DNA from: a virus
Taxonomy: Duplodnaviria; Caudoviricetes
Reading direction: 5' to 3' (one strand)
Virus record (IMG/VR): IMGVR_UViG_3300021961_000169
Location: 1-45,415 of that record
DNA length: 45,415 nucleotides
This document shows positions 21,201-30,032 of this stretch, piece after piece. Position 1 is the stretch's first letter; each line of letters begins with the position of its first letter. The notes below the pieces were generated by a model that saw only the letters and a program-made list of their open reading frames with translations, was not told the origin of the DNA and ran no database searches. The translations under genes and the position numbers were made by a program.

Positions 21201-24194
21201 CCTGGATTTGGTGACGGATCTGACAATCCGGATATGGTAAGAAGCACTGATCCAAATATATTCATGCCCGCACCAACAATGTTGTATAATCCATTCTCAA
21301 CAATAATAAGTGCTGTTGGAAAAGGAATCGGTTTACATTGGCAAAGACATTGGGGTTCAACTGGATTTGGTTTCAATGGTGTAATGCAACAACCTCCCGA
21401 TTATAGAGAATTGTTGTTTACAACACAATACTCCGTTACTGCAGGAGTAGGTGAACCACAAAGTGTAACACAGGCAAACAATCCACTTGCATATCGCCCA
21501 ACAATTTCAAACATCACAGGTGATCCAAATGTAAGACAAAATGTACCAAGAGACTTAAACCAACACTATGAGGCACAGACAACTTATAGAAATAAAACCG
21601 GATTTATAGATCAAAATATAGCGGGTATAAACTATTTAAAAAGGTCTTTTCATAGAAGAGCTAATGGCGACTGGCTTATTCCGGCTGAAGAACTATCAAA
21701 TTGGAACACAATACGTGCTGATCATGATATAGATACAGAGGGTAGTATTAGTGGAAGACAAAATGCAGGTAATCAGCTCTCACAAGGAACTGCAGAGGCA
21801 TTGGATTATTTTGAAGAACCAACAAGAAGAAACCCAATAACGCGTCAGAGACGATATAATCGTTTAATAGGTCTTATGAAAGAATTATTACCAACTTCAT
21901 TTTCACCTATTTTGTATAGAACACCAAATGTTCAGACACAAGGATTTGATAATTCTATGGAGGTAGAAGTTGCAGGTGGTGGTTTCGATTTTAGTGATAT
22001 AAGTCTATCAACAAACGGTCCTGGACCAGTTGCTAATAGAGCAAATGCATCTTCAACTTATCAAACCTCAAACAATCCAACAACAGTACCTCAACCAACT
22101 GATCCTACATCAGACCAGCGTGTAAAAAGTAGTAATGCATTAATAGGAACTCATATACGTAGATTAAGCGATGGGGAAATAATAAGAATATCATCCAATT
22201 TTGGAGGTCCATCATCATTTCTTGGTATCGGTGGAACAACTATACATAAATCTAGCCATAAATTACTAGGTTTTTATACAACAGCGGGTCCTGCATTAAC
22301 ACGGGATGGTATCTTTGAAGGTAAACAACGAGAAACATTCTTCGCAATAGATTTTTATGCAACATATAAAGACAGATTGTTAAAAGTTCAAGAACATTTA
22401 GGAAAAACAAATCAAGTTCCTAAAAGTGAGTTGGGTGGTGATTTATATGCAATAACAACTGGTTTGGCAACAAAAAACAAAGATAGATTAGATGGTATAT
22501 TTCAGGTTTCTAATGCATATGCACCTGATGATGATAAGCACCCTTTCATCGGCGAAAATGTAACCATACAACCGATAACTTTGAGAAAAATAAATGCAAT
22601 GGATACATTTAATTTTCCATATGAATCATCGCCAAATAGATTAAGAAATTCCACTGTTGAAGAATTAAATGGATTTAGGACGAAAACAAATAGTACAATG
22701 GACACTATTAATATAAATATAAATGGTATTTCTACTGATAATGTTAAACATTTTAAAACATCTCCATGGTACAGCAAAAATAAATTTGGATCAACTAGTC
22801 CTGCCTCATCCAGACCACCAGTACCTGCAACTAAACTAAATCCTGGAGTAAATTACTTTAATCCAAGTTGGACTCCATCTAGAAGTGAAAAATGGAATGA
22901 TTTTAGATGGGATATTGACGATTATGATGCAACAAATGCTGGGACTGCATCTCCAAGAAATACTGCAGCTTGGCCGGGTGTTATGTCTTTTAAGTTTTCA
23001 ACACATCCTGCGATAGTGAATTATGCTCAAAATAACTTGGAAAGAAAATTTGGTTTAGGAACTCATGGTAATCCTGGATCAGATAGAGGAAATCCAAGAG
23101 TAACAACTATACAATATGAAAAAATACAAACTGCTATACCAGGTATACCAAGGGGTGCTGCACCAGCGGGTCTTTTACCTACATTAGCTGGAGGTCCTGG
23201 TGGTAGAGGTCCAGCGGCATTTCGTACCTATCCTGTTGCAGTACCAAAACGAGCAGCAGTTGCGGGACCCGGAATATCACAATTTGAATTTAGAGGAGAC
23301 AGAATAAATATAATTGATTACAAGCGTGCAAATGTTCGTTTAAATAATGAATTAATTTATGAAAAAGGTGCATATAATAACATAAATAATCCAGGTGTGG
23401 ATGACCTTATAGAATTTTATTTTTCAAGTATAGTGTTGGATGGTCACGACTATTGCCCTTCAGAAGTAATAGTATTTCGTGCAATATTTGATAGTATAAC
23501 AGATAATCATAAACCATCATGGTCTGCTGTAAAATATATGGGTAGAGGGGATCCACTCTATACTTATGATGGATACGAAAGAGATGTCAGCTTTAATTTT
23601 ACAGTTCATATTGGATCGCGCGATGAAATGAAGGCATCATGGCGTAAATTAAACTATTTAGCAGGATGGACTGCACCTGAATATACAAGTGCAGGTTTTA
23701 TGCGTGCACCACTTTGTAGATTAAACATTGGTAATTTATTTAGAAAAATGCCAGGATACATAAGTAATTTAAGCTATACGTTTGATAATACAAATGGTAC
23801 ATGGGAAACCGCACATTTAGAAGGAGATAGATATAATGCAGCTACGGATCCAACCATAGTATATGAGTCTGCACCAGGAGTATTACAATTACCAAAAACA
23901 ATACAAGTTTCTGTTGGATTTGTACCAATTGGCGTATATCGTCCAGAGAGATATGGTGTATTTTATCCATTGTATGATGATAGAGAACCTGCTGGAACAA
24001 TTGAAACCGGTCTTATTCCGATTGGTACACCGAAAGTCAACTGGTTTAACCCATTTGATAATATACCATCGCCAGGTATAACAGCAACGGGTACTCCTGC
24101 TGGTGATTCCGATGCTATTGAATACCTTGCTATCGCTCCTGGTGAAGAAGGAAACATTCCAGGTCCTGCTTTACTGGGTGCACCAACACCATAA
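15264..24194 (+). CDS. Giant (2,976 aa) baseplate-region protein with internal 44-aa repeats and a C-terminal tube-initiator (gp48/gp54-like) domain
   Basis: Uninterrupted ORF after the tape measure gene. C-terminal FRAIFDSITDNHKPSWSAVKYMGRGDPLYTYDGYERDVSFNFTV...PLCRLNIGNL...YISNLSYTFD...LPKTIQVSVGF looks like a tube-fold baseplate domain. Confidence 0.7.
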   Translation: MSLLDLKSDLSKYRAETSIEEKEGPQTSVAKSSKGFATNQPITDRLLKSIPEIKKPKQIPIDERLKQTKLDDIVRKDFDEMMVNSVSGLSPKNIDVNTYNLGVSSIENVTSKFGEIKQEEIVNNLNSSNTLIVKSKNGTNNNQSGINPEIFKQTVDRIQQTPNILTDNGEETNNIIIPEIKIDGKPLTINREKQSVIINKNLFSPMNNVVNPNVALNKVFKPTKKENTTPNIVKDTIKEGLITDPNTKVFRIQSGTNHFTDESELNPKGKTIEFISNSMLESRRPIQEPDLIRYSGETLQDKDNSIYNVDDVIRTNPAGRNENPRNSRHSFNNPTGVNNFDDRFFRGFSINQKSTDLVNKFSSIFGWPGVKKTPPSVDFIIDEHAKGFKTFAQPRETLYNTDSSDYSFVTVRSVNYFDVTNQHTNAGFTLFARALTSNYIDNISRFTWKGKKPLAPNVNYFDVNKEKSNAGFHTFAQTYDTKYINQASIYDWDGKRTKSPETNFFDINSTYTKKGFHRLADIYDSKYVRGASIFDWDGKRKNAPSVNYFDVDLKNAKTGFHVFAQKYDSKFVKDSSEFDWDGIGVNAPAINYFDIKGQFTSTGFHTFAQTYDTKYIPERSRFDWNGERRKAPAVNYFDLSKDFTTTGFHTFARKYDSKYIPERSFFDWDGTRDKAPAVNYFDLYAENTTTGFHTFAQLYDTKFIEETSRFDWDGNRIDAPTVNYFDVAGTNRTTSEFPSGFVPKTTAGFHKFAQIYDTKYVRGSSIYDWDGDKQVAPSVNYFDVAGTSRTATEQNSLLAQFNIPRSFVANTRGGFHTFPQKYDTKYITESSEYNWDGSRDQAPVVNYFDIAQTNRTTSEFTNGFISFTTAGFHKFAQIYDTKYIRNSSRYDWDGKPDRKNFTNPIPVDYFDNPNANARRFGTQFIINTPNDYRAGIMTVGIKDKFIAKTFGGFHIFAQLYDSKYIPESSRFDWDGTKYKAPAVDYFDTAKTNRTTSELNSLLVNPNIPRQFYATTTAGFHIFAQKYDTKYIKYASLYDWDGLPDKTNFKNPIPVDYFDTLESNRTTSEANSLLAAFNRPKDFIAKTTAGFHIFAQKYDTKYIKDSSIYDWDGGADRRDFTNPIGVDFFDAFRSINRYRARFNVGGESFLDNPGTTQNYEAYNLRSPIGGFSYLKTIGTKDAYIKKTLSGFDIFAEHYISKYIPGASRFDWDGSRDNAPAVDYFDSARGYDSFYRFTLGGGDYARGLMVANAKYPVFTTVGGVERRFENSLFGVTHKGFHTFAQKYDTQYIMNTDMYGWVGNVDRLTYKNPKGVNFFDNPASVTIEGLGTSSDNNDGNSKPGTTTATPTIINGQRNNNSNQLNIGGILNQIGKIGAKDPYIHKTTAGFHILAKLYDSKYVPDSSIFDYDGHKLNAPNVDYFDRNNLFTRAGFHIFAQGLDSKYIEDSSRFDWNGVRTNAPAVTFFPQIEPKTDHARKIVLFSIQNEPTVRIGRDQVILPELFKKSGLDPGFRTFFINKTQTAYSPYLSELSVLATADPYTNFFPAPNGFAYPLDFDKSGRDPGRLGNSSGLIQGVRGFVPFLGTLNRPTFDPNDKSLQTTRFLLRLINRVGANNKLYADSLGSKYSLNDAREKYTRFFSFFSNTAKSVRPGRTEPFRETDGFLPHMTMFYGTKYPIVFPSIENYDAMLQSKNIAADQRFTREALISGTVYSVAHGHLSGNGYGLSDEQEFLNTYLPDSLGKRPWSSQMGNLLFATMANQYPAYSADKTNKFYGYRRPTTYFKNLQGDNANGQKFIGGPYEQQLKNGWWSQPVDNDEAKLKNITNNGSQNITDQIGFAIEDNESANLVRSYGFIARWAIKSGALEKQYNKFDLRKDSYNPDLIWDQPYYTSNIGANWGWGVLACGRNSPTTLLDRSLADLQRIGKWMTSGKGLLWVVKQFGLQFMNPFMDSWNEPFDVFQSRSSTDVGGQRQTYSLGNSILPGFGDGSDNPDMVRSTDPNIFMPAPTMLYNPFSTIISAVGKGIGLHWQRHWGSTGFGFNGVMQQPPDYRELLFTTQYSVTAGVGEPQSVTQANNPLAYRPTISNITGDPNVRQNVPRDLNQHYEAQTTYRNKTGFIDQNIAGINYLKRSFHRRANGDWLIPAEELSNWNTIRADHDIDTEGSISGRQNAGNQLSQGTAEALDYFEEPTRRNPITRQRRYNRLIGLMKELLPTSFSPILYRTPNVQTQGFDNSMEVEVAGGGFDFSDISLSTNGPGPVANRANASSTYQTSNNPTTVPQPTDPTSDQRVKSSNALIGTHIRRLSDGEIIRISSNFGGPSSFLGIGGTTIHKSSHKLLGFYTTAGPALTRDGIFEGKQRETFFAIDFYATYKDRLLKVQEHLGKTNQVPKSELGGDLYAITTGLATKNKDRLDGIFQVSNAYAPDDDKHPFIGENVTIQPITLRKINAMDTFNFPYESSPNRLRNSTVEELNGFRTKTNSTMDTINININGISTDNVKHFKTSPWYSKNKFGSTSPASSRPPVPATKLNPGVNYFNPSWTPSRSEKWNDFRWDIDDYDATNAGTASPRNTAAWPGVMSFKFSTHPAIVNYAQNNLERKFGLGTHGNPGSDRGNPRVTTIQYEKIQTAIPGIPRGAAPAGLLPTLAGGPGGRGPAAFRTYPVAVPKRAAVAGPGISQFEFRGDRINIIDYKRANVRLNNELIYEKGAYNNINNPGVDDLIEFYFSSIVLDGHDYCPSEVIVFRAIFDSITDNHKPSWSAVKYMGRGDPLYTYDGYERDVSFNFTVHIGSRDEMKASWRKLNYLAGWTAPEYTSAGFMRAPLCRLNIGNLFRKMPGYISNLSYTFDNTNGTWETAHLEGDRYNAATDPTIVYESAPGVLQLPKTIQVSVGFVPIGVYRPERYGVFYPLYDDREPAGTIETGLIPIGTPKVNWFNPFDNIPSPGITATGTPAGDSDAIEYLAIAPGEEGNIPGPALLGAPTP
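16272..19658 (+). repeat. About 19 coding tandem repeats, core 44 aa (132 nt): P-x-V-[ND]-Y-F-D-(loop)-G-F-H-x-F-A-Q-x-Y-D-[ST]-K-Y-I-x-x-x-S-x-[FY]-D-W-D-G
   Basis: Counted from the GF(H)xFA motifs in the translation; DNA copies are diverged but recognisable (GATTGGGATGG, TATTTTGAT). Confidence 0.93.
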
Positions 24195-24256
24195 TTTTTA
24201 TATTTTTTATATTTATAGTTGATTGGTTATTGTTCTACATACGATTGGAATACTAA

Positions 24257-24592
24257 ATGCAAAATAGATATAGTGTTTGTACTATCGTTACTGGATCTAG
24301 AAAAGTAGATTCAAAAGGTGATACTCATTTAGTTAGCAGATTGTCTTCAACATTTTATCCAAATTTAGACACTACAAGCGATACTATAATTATATCACAA
24401 CCTGGCGATAGACTTGATTTATTGGCAAAAGAGTTTTATGGTGATGAAACTTTTTGGCACGTTATAGCTATTTCAAATAATTTGGGTAGAGGCACATTAA
24501 ACGTACCTGCCGGTATGATAGTAAGAATACCAAGATATGCTGAATACTCAGGTATCGGAGCACTTATTCGTATATTCAATGATGAGAGATAA
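24257..24592 (+). CDS. LysM-like baseplate wedge/tail X protein (gp53-like)
   Basis: PGDRLDLLAKEFYGDETFWHVIAISNNL...VPAGMIVRIP is a LysM/tail-X signature. Confidence 0.82.
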   Translation: MQNRYSVCTIVTGSRKVDSKGDTHLVSRLSSTFYPNLDTTSDTIIISQPGDRLDLLAKEFYGDETFWHVIAISNNLGRGTLNVPAGMIVRIPRYAEYSGIGALIRIFNDER

Positions 24593-24594
24593 AT

Positions 24595-26745
24595 ATGCCA
24601 AGGCCAAGCGTAGCACCGGCACCATATCAAAGCCCATTTTATAGAACACCTGATCCACTCACAACCGGTGAATTAAATGCAAGAGGAGCAATTCACGGAC
24701 AAAGAGTTAGGGGTGCTAGGGCAGCAACTCCCGGTACTGGAGGTGGTGATGCGGCTAGAAATTTAACTTGGGCATATGGAAAAAAATCTTGGGCTAGAAT
24801 AGTGTCAACTAGAACTGGTATTGTTTTAGGATCCGCAAGATCTCCTGTTATGAGTAATCGTGATGGAAACCTTACAATGTATAGTGCTGCAAGAAATGTT
24901 CCAAATATGCCATTATTGCAAGGTTTGGATATAAGTAATGAAGGTACAATGGGATCTTTGCTAAAAGGTAAATTTACTTTTACCATATACCCTAGTATAA
25001 CAACGAGTGGTTTTCAACTTGGTAACATAGAAGATGCATTTTTTACTCCAGGAGCAGAAGTAAATGTTTCTTGGGGTTGGAGTACAGCTGCTGCAAATCC
25101 AGGTCCATGTTCTGGAAGATTTACCGGTATAATATACAATTTTAATTGGAGTGTAAATCCCGATTTATCTATAACGGCAGATTGTTCTATTGTTTCTGCA
25201 GCTACTGTATCAACTGGTATGTCCGGTGATGTCAATACTGGAACCGATCCTGGTGCAGCACCTGTAACTATCGGAGCAAATCCTTTACCTGGACCAAATA
25301 TTGCTGCAGTTATAGATAGGGATATGGCTGCGGGCGGACCTTTTGCCGCATCATATACATTAGCACCAATGACGAGTCCTGGATATATTGTTGCGGGGGC
25401 AACTAATATGCGAATGGTCGGTTATCAACCTCTTGGTCTACCATTTCAACCGGTTGAACCCGAGTCAACAGGAAATACTGATCCAGCCGTTGCCAACCAA
25501 GGTGCAGCTCAAATAGCAACGGCACCACCACCACCACCTATACAAAAACCCTTTTACTATATTAAATACTATGAACTGGTTGGTTTTATCAATAAGGCAA
25601 TAAATCAATTAGAAGCAGGATCTGCTCTGGCAGCGGCAGGTCCAGCAACAACAATGGGTAGGTTGTTTAGAATACAAGTCGAAGGGAATTTTACAGCATG
25701 GTATCAATTAATAAAATCTGCATTTCCTGTGGATGTTTTTTTTCCAGATGATGTAATGGGTGAATATGGTGGATCAACTGCTTTTGCCGCTCCACAAAAT
25801 TATTTAAGATCAGATGCATACCAAATATCTCCTCCCGGAGTCATAAATGGTAATAATATAGCAATAGGTAATATACTAATTGGTACAGATTTTATTAAAA
25901 AAACGTATAAAGAATTTGTTGCAGAAAATGCGGCAAATATAAGTCATAAAAATTTAACAAGTTTCTTTGAAACAATATCAAAGAGAATAAATTATGCATC
26001 AGGTGACATATATCAAATAACACCAACATTGTATGAAACCGAAAATATGTCTCCTCCTGGTGGCGGAGCAACTGGAGCATCAGCACCGCCTACTCAGGCA
26101 ATATTGAGTATAGAAGATACAAATTTAGCAAGAGAAATTATTGATACAGTTAGACCTTTTCAATTTGGAGTTGACATTTACCGTGCTATTGTTAGAACCG
26201 CATCTATAACATGCAAACCGCCAGCCGCATCAGCAGCTGCCGCTTACACCGCCGCTAGAGGAGAAGATAGAGGAAGCACTCAACCAACAAATTCTGATGT
26301 TAAAGCCGCACCAACATCAGGAGGCACCCCAGCAAGTACACCCGATCCTGCAATGGGTGTTAATGCAAGAGATGCTGCAACTGAACTAACCGCTAAATAT
26401 GCTGCCGCTTTAACGGATGGATTTAATAATGCTTGGGGTGAGCAAGTTCGTGGTTTGATAACAAAATGGAAAAAAAGTTTAGAAACATCAACTGGAATGA
26501 GTGGTGCAAATGGTCATGGTCATTGGATGAATAAAGCGGTTTATCCGATAGATTTAACACTAACAATAGACGGTGTAATGGGTTTTAAGTTTGGTGATGC
26601 TATCGAATGCATGGCGATACCAGCAAGATATAATCAAGCTCCTTGGAATGTAAGTTTTACTATAACAAAAGTTAGTCATAAAATTGATGCAGGTGGTTGG
26701 ACAACAACACTGAATACAAAAGCAAGAGTTAATATGGGTGGATAA
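24595..26745 (+). CDS. Probable baseplate hub protein (gp27/GpD-like), Ala/Pro/Gly-rich
   Basis: FFTPGAEVNVSWGW, GIIYNFNWS, and C-terminal PIDLTLTIDGVMGFKFGD...FTITKVSHKIDAGGWTTTL typical of hub proteins; follows the LysM gene. Confidence 0.62.
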   Translation: MPRPSVAPAPYQSPFYRTPDPLTTGELNARGAIHGQRVRGARAATPGTGGGDAARNLTWAYGKKSWARIVSTRTGIVLGSARSPVMSNRDGNLTMYSAARNVPNMPLLQGLDISNEGTMGSLLKGKFTFTIYPSITTSGFQLGNIEDAFFTPGAEVNVSWGWSTAAANPGPCSGRFTGIIYNFNWSVNPDLSITADCSIVSAATVSTGMSGDVNTGTDPGAAPVTIGANPLPGPNIAAVIDRDMAAGGPFAASYTLAPMTSPGYIVAGATNMRMVGYQPLGLPFQPVEPESTGNTDPAVANQGAAQIATAPPPPPIQKPFYYIKYYELVGFINKAINQLEAGSALAAAGPATTMGRLFRIQVEGNFTAWYQLIKSAFPVDVFFPDDVMGEYGGSTAFAAPQNYLRSDAYQISPPGVINGNNIAIGNILIGTDFIKKTYKEFVAENAANISHKNLTSFFETISKRINYASGDIYQITPTLYETENMSPPGGGATGASAPPTQAILSIEDTNLAREIIDTVRPFQFGVDIYRAIVRTASITCKPPAASAAAAYTAARGEDRGSTQPTNSDVKAAPTSGGTPASTPDPAMGVNARDAATELTAKYAAALTDGFNNAWGEQVRGLITKWKKSLETSTGMSGANGHGHWMNKAVYPIDLTLTIDGVMGFKFGDAIECMAIPARYNQAPWNVSFTITKVSHKIDAGGWTTTLNTKARVNMGG

Positions 26746-26747
26746 TA

Positions 26748-27422
26748 ATGGCATTTAGATCAAGAACATATTATCACCCAAGTCAAGTTAAAACTAATCT
26801 TTTTACAAACGGAAAAGAATGGATGATACTTGAAAACTGGAAAGAATATATCGGACCATACCACCAATATGTTACGGGAGAAACATATTCGGAAACGGAA
26901 TGGGATCCAAGAAAATCAGTCAGACTTGTTAAATATAAAGATCGTGGACCATCGTATTTTAAATATGTTCAACAAAAAAACTATGCAAAAAATCCAGATG
27001 GCACAAGAAAACCAAAACTGAATCCTCTTGCTAAATTTGATTTGTATACAAAACCAATTCCTATTGTAAGAATACCAACAGAAGACGAATTAAATGAAGG
27101 AAAAATGACAAGACACTTTGTATACAAGAGAAACGAACCAAATATATTTTTTGTTGAAATATCACCAAATCAAACCATAGACTATTATAGAGACCACACT
27201 GGTATAAACCGATATTTATATGAAATGATAGATGTTCCTTGGAAAATAAACGGTCCAGAGTATGATCAATTGGATAGTAATGGTTATTTAGTAAATCCAG
27301 GCGTTGTTGATACAAATAATAGAATTATTTTGCGAATTACAAAAAAAGTTAGTATATTTGGTAGTATAGTAAACAATCCAAGACAATTTACAATTTATGA
27401 TACTACTTTAAAATTAGTCTAA
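26748..27422 (+). CDS. Hypothetical protein (likely structural)
   Basis: 224-aa ORF tightly abutting the hub gene (TAATAATG); aromatic-rich, no recognised enzyme motif. Confidence 0.65.
   Translation: MAFRSRTYYHPSQVKTNLFTNGKEWMILENWKEYIGPYHQYVTGETYSETEWDPRKSVRLVKYKDRGPSYFKYVQQKNYAKNPDGTRKPKLNPLAKFDLYTKPIPIVRIPTEDELNEGKMTRHFVYKRNEPNIFFVEISPNQTIDYYRDHTGINRYLYEMIDVPWKINGPEYDQLDSNGYLVNPGVVDTNNRIILRITKKVSIFGSIVNNPRQFTIYDTTLKLV
27329..27360 (+). promoter_or_regulatory. Host-type (Bacteroidota-like) promoter TTTG-N20-TATATTTG
   Basis: TTTG at 27329-27332 and TAnnTTTG at 27353-27360, 65 nt before the PolA-like gene; also reads TTGCGA-N17-TATATT. Confidence 0.6.
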
Positions 27423-27425
27423 CTT

Positions 27426-28637
27426 ATGTTTCAAGAAAAACCTTCGGTTTGCATTCCAATTACAACTAATCCAAACAAACACCAATCTGCAGTTGGCGTT
27501 ATCGGTATGTATTTTCTTTTTACGGATGGTGAAGAACAATATATTAACTTTACACATCCAGATGAAATCCATAGTGATATTGGTTTACACGATATTCGTT
27601 TACATCCCAAAACCCTTGTGTTCAATAAAAAGGTATTGGTGTATAACGGTATGACCGATGGTATTGATATAAATTCATACCTACATTACCATACATCAGA
27701 CCATATCAATCCAAAAGAATTTTATCCGAAAGGAATGGAAATACTTGCAAATAAATTTTACAAGATAGAAGATTTAGGTCAAGTAATACCACTTTCAAAA
27801 CAATTGGAATGGGCAAGAAGAATTGCAAGATATGTTATGAAGATTTATGAGGATAATCCAATTACTCAAAGTTGTATAGATTATTGCAATGATTTCATAA
27901 ACATATTCCATGAGATTGAAAAAAATGATATTCTTGTTGGTGATGAATGGAAGAAACAAAATTATATGTGGTATACTACAACAGGTAGACCAAGTAATGC
28001 TTGGGGTGGATTTAACTTCTCTGCAATGAATAAGAAAGACGGTAGTAGAGATAAAATTCGTTCACGGTTTGATGGTGGAAAGATTGTTCAGTTTGATTAC
28101 GATGCTTTCCATATAAAATTATTGGCAAAGATATTAGACTATAAATTTGAATATCACCCATACGAACAAATACAAAATGATTTGGGAATAGATATGGACT
28201 ATGACCAATTCAAAGGTAAAGTATTTCAGAACATATATGGGATGATAACTCCAGAGTTTATGAACCATACATTTTTCCGTTCCGTTCAAGCACTCATAGA
28301 TGAATTATATGAGAGGTATCAGACGGATAGTGTGGTTAAATCTTGGTTTTATGAAAAACTATTTAGAGATATTCAAGACGCTACACCAAATAAAGTATTC
28401 AATTATATTCTTCAATCATTGGAAACCGAATATAATGTTCGTAAGATAAAGAGTATATTACCACATTTGCAGAATAAGAAGTCGGTGTTTATGATGTATC
28501 TTTATGATGCTTTCATTTTTGATATTCATCCAGATGAAACGGATTTGATAGATGTATTACAGTCTGCATTTGAAACTGATAATATGTCAGTAAAAATTTA
28601 TACGGGTGACACTTTTGGTAGTATTCTGCAAATTTAA
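27426..28637 (+). CDS. Miniature family-A DNA polymerase-like protein
   Basis: TTTGRPSN (cf. TxTGRLSS), motif A VQFDYDAFHIKLLA, motif B KGKVFQNIYG, NYILQS (cf. NxPIQG), motif C YLYDAFIFD; only 403 aa. Confidence 0.82.
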   Translation: MFQEKPSVCIPITTNPNKHQSAVGVIGMYFLFTDGEEQYINFTHPDEIHSDIGLHDIRLHPKTLVFNKKVLVYNGMTDGIDINSYLHYHTSDHINPKEFYPKGMEILANKFYKIEDLGQVIPLSKQLEWARRIARYVMKIYEDNPITQSCIDYCNDFINIFHEIEKNDILVGDEWKKQNYMWYTTTGRPSNAWGGFNFSAMNKKDGSRDKIRSRFDGGKIVQFDYDAFHIKLLAKILDYKFEYHPYEQIQNDLGIDMDYDQFKGKVFQNIYGMITPEFMNHTFFRSVQALIDELYERYQTDSVVKSWFYEKLFRDIQDATPNKVFNYILQSLETEYNVRKIKSILPHLQNKKSVFMMYLYDAFIFDIHPDETDLIDVLQSAFETDNMSVKIYTGDTFGSILQI

Positions 28638-28684
28638 GATGATATTTATATTGAGTAGATATTTGAAAAAATGAGAGAGAAATA

Positions 28685-29074
28685 TTGAAGACACAATTAG
28701 TATGTACATTTACGAGAAAACACGGCGTAGCTGAGACGATAGATACCATAAAAGAAAATTTTTCCATTTTAAATAATAAAGTATTTTTATTTAAGTCTTT
28801 GGAAACCAAAGAAGATTCATTATTGTCCTATAATGTAATAATGGATAGTTACAAAAAATTCCTCCCAAATTCAATAATGGTTCACCAAAAACGTGAAACA
28901 AATACAATATACACCATAAATGCTCTTAACGAACTCATAATGAACTTAAACAATGGCGTATTAGATAAAACATATCCGATAGAATGGGAAAGATACCGTA
29001 ATTGTGCACTTCTCAAAAACAAAGATGGATTTCGAGTAGTTAAAATATTTTTGGTAAAAGTGTATAGCTGGTGA
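28685..29074 (+). CDS. Hypothetical protein
   Basis: 129-aa ORF with TTG start after a purine-rich stretch and an ATATTTATA motif; fills the gap between neighbours. Confidence 0.7.
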   Translation: MKTQLVCTFTRKHGVAETIDTIKENFSILNNKVFLFKSLETKEDSLLSYNVIMDSYKKFLPNSIMVHQKRETNTIYTINALNELIMNLNNGVLDKTYPIEWERYRNCALLKNKDGFRVVKIFLVKVYSW

Positions 29075-29118
29075 TATTTATATGAGTATTTTTATGTATA
29101 ACTATTTAAGTTAATTCC

Positions 29119-29433
29119 ATGAAATTAAAAACAATACTAGATGAAATAACAAATAGAGTTATGAATGAATTGAGTATGAAATCTATTTCCGAAGGAAGTG
29201 GGTTTGATACTATTTATGAAGAATTAAAAAAAATATTGGAAAAGATAAACATACTTCCGGATAATGTTATTGATGCTAGTATGTATAAAGAACATGAAAT
29301 CGTTGATGGATTGAAAAAAATAGGTTTTCAATATAAAAAACCAATATCTGGAAAGTTACATTTTTTTAATAAAAAGACAAGTGTTAGTTTATATCTTATA
29401 CAGAATACATTGAATATAACATTAATGCCGTAG
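29119..29433 (+). CDS. Hypothetical protein with MKLKTILDE leader
   Basis: 104-aa ORF downstream of ATATTTATA at 29074. Confidence 0.65.
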   Translation: MKLKTILDEITNRVMNELSMKSISEGSGFDTIYEELKKILEKINILPDNVIDASMYKEHEIVDGLKKIGFQYKKPISGKLHFFNKKTSVSLYLIQNTLNITLMP

Positions 29434-29442
29434 GTAAATAAA

Positions 29443-30030
29443 ATGAAATCAAAGAAATTAATAAAGGAATCAATAACTGTATCGGCAATAAGTCCAATGA
29501 GCTATATTGTTCTTGTTGATGTTTCTAACGTGATAGAACGTAATAAAAATTTATTACAATTTATCTTTCCAAATGAAAATGCAAATACAATTCGTTCTTG
29601 GTTCAATAAATTTGCCGATTCAGATGAATACAAACAAACTTCTGAAAAATTACAATCAATATCATCAAGATTTTCTGGAAACCCAACATTAAAAGTATTG
29701 TATAAATCACTTGATACACTGAAATCAAATGCTTACACTGCTGAGGAGAAGGAAGCACATGAAGCTGATATAAGAAAGGTAATAGAAAAAATTGGATTAT
29801 TTATCAAAAAAAGATTGACCGATGAAGACTTTGAAGTATTGGAAATTGTTTTATCTAGATTAAATTCCGTTGCTGAAAATTTGTCAAAAAAAATAGATAC
29901 TCAAATAGAAAATATGGCTAGCAAAGAAGAAAAAAACGAAGTTGTTGTTAATGAAAGATTGAAAAATAAACTTCGTAAAAAGATAAAAGAAATAGTTAGG
30001 ACACATTTAATATCAAACAACAGAAGATAA
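29443..30030 (+). CDS. Helical hypothetical protein with MKSKKLIKE leader
   Basis: 195-aa ORF in tight operon spacing. Confidence 0.65.
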   Translation: MKSKKLIKESITVSAISPMSYIVLVDVSNVIERNKNLLQFIFPNENANTIRSWFNKFADSDEYKQTSEKLQSISSRFSGNPTLKVLYKSLDTLKSNAYTAEEKEAHEADIRKVIEKIGLFIKKRLTDEDFEVLEIVLSRLNSVAENLSKKIDTQIENMASKEEKNEVVVNERLKNKLRKKIKEIVRTHLISNNRR

Positions 30031-30032
30031 AA

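Noticed and set aside
15264-24194. Diversity-generating retroelement target or template
   Set aside because: No reverse transcriptase in the window, and I saw no near-identical repeat pair differing only at adenines.
27212-27220. ATATTTATA inside ORF 26748..27422
   Set aside because: Intragenic and about 200 nt from the next start; may be chance in AT-rich DNA, so not counted as a promoter.
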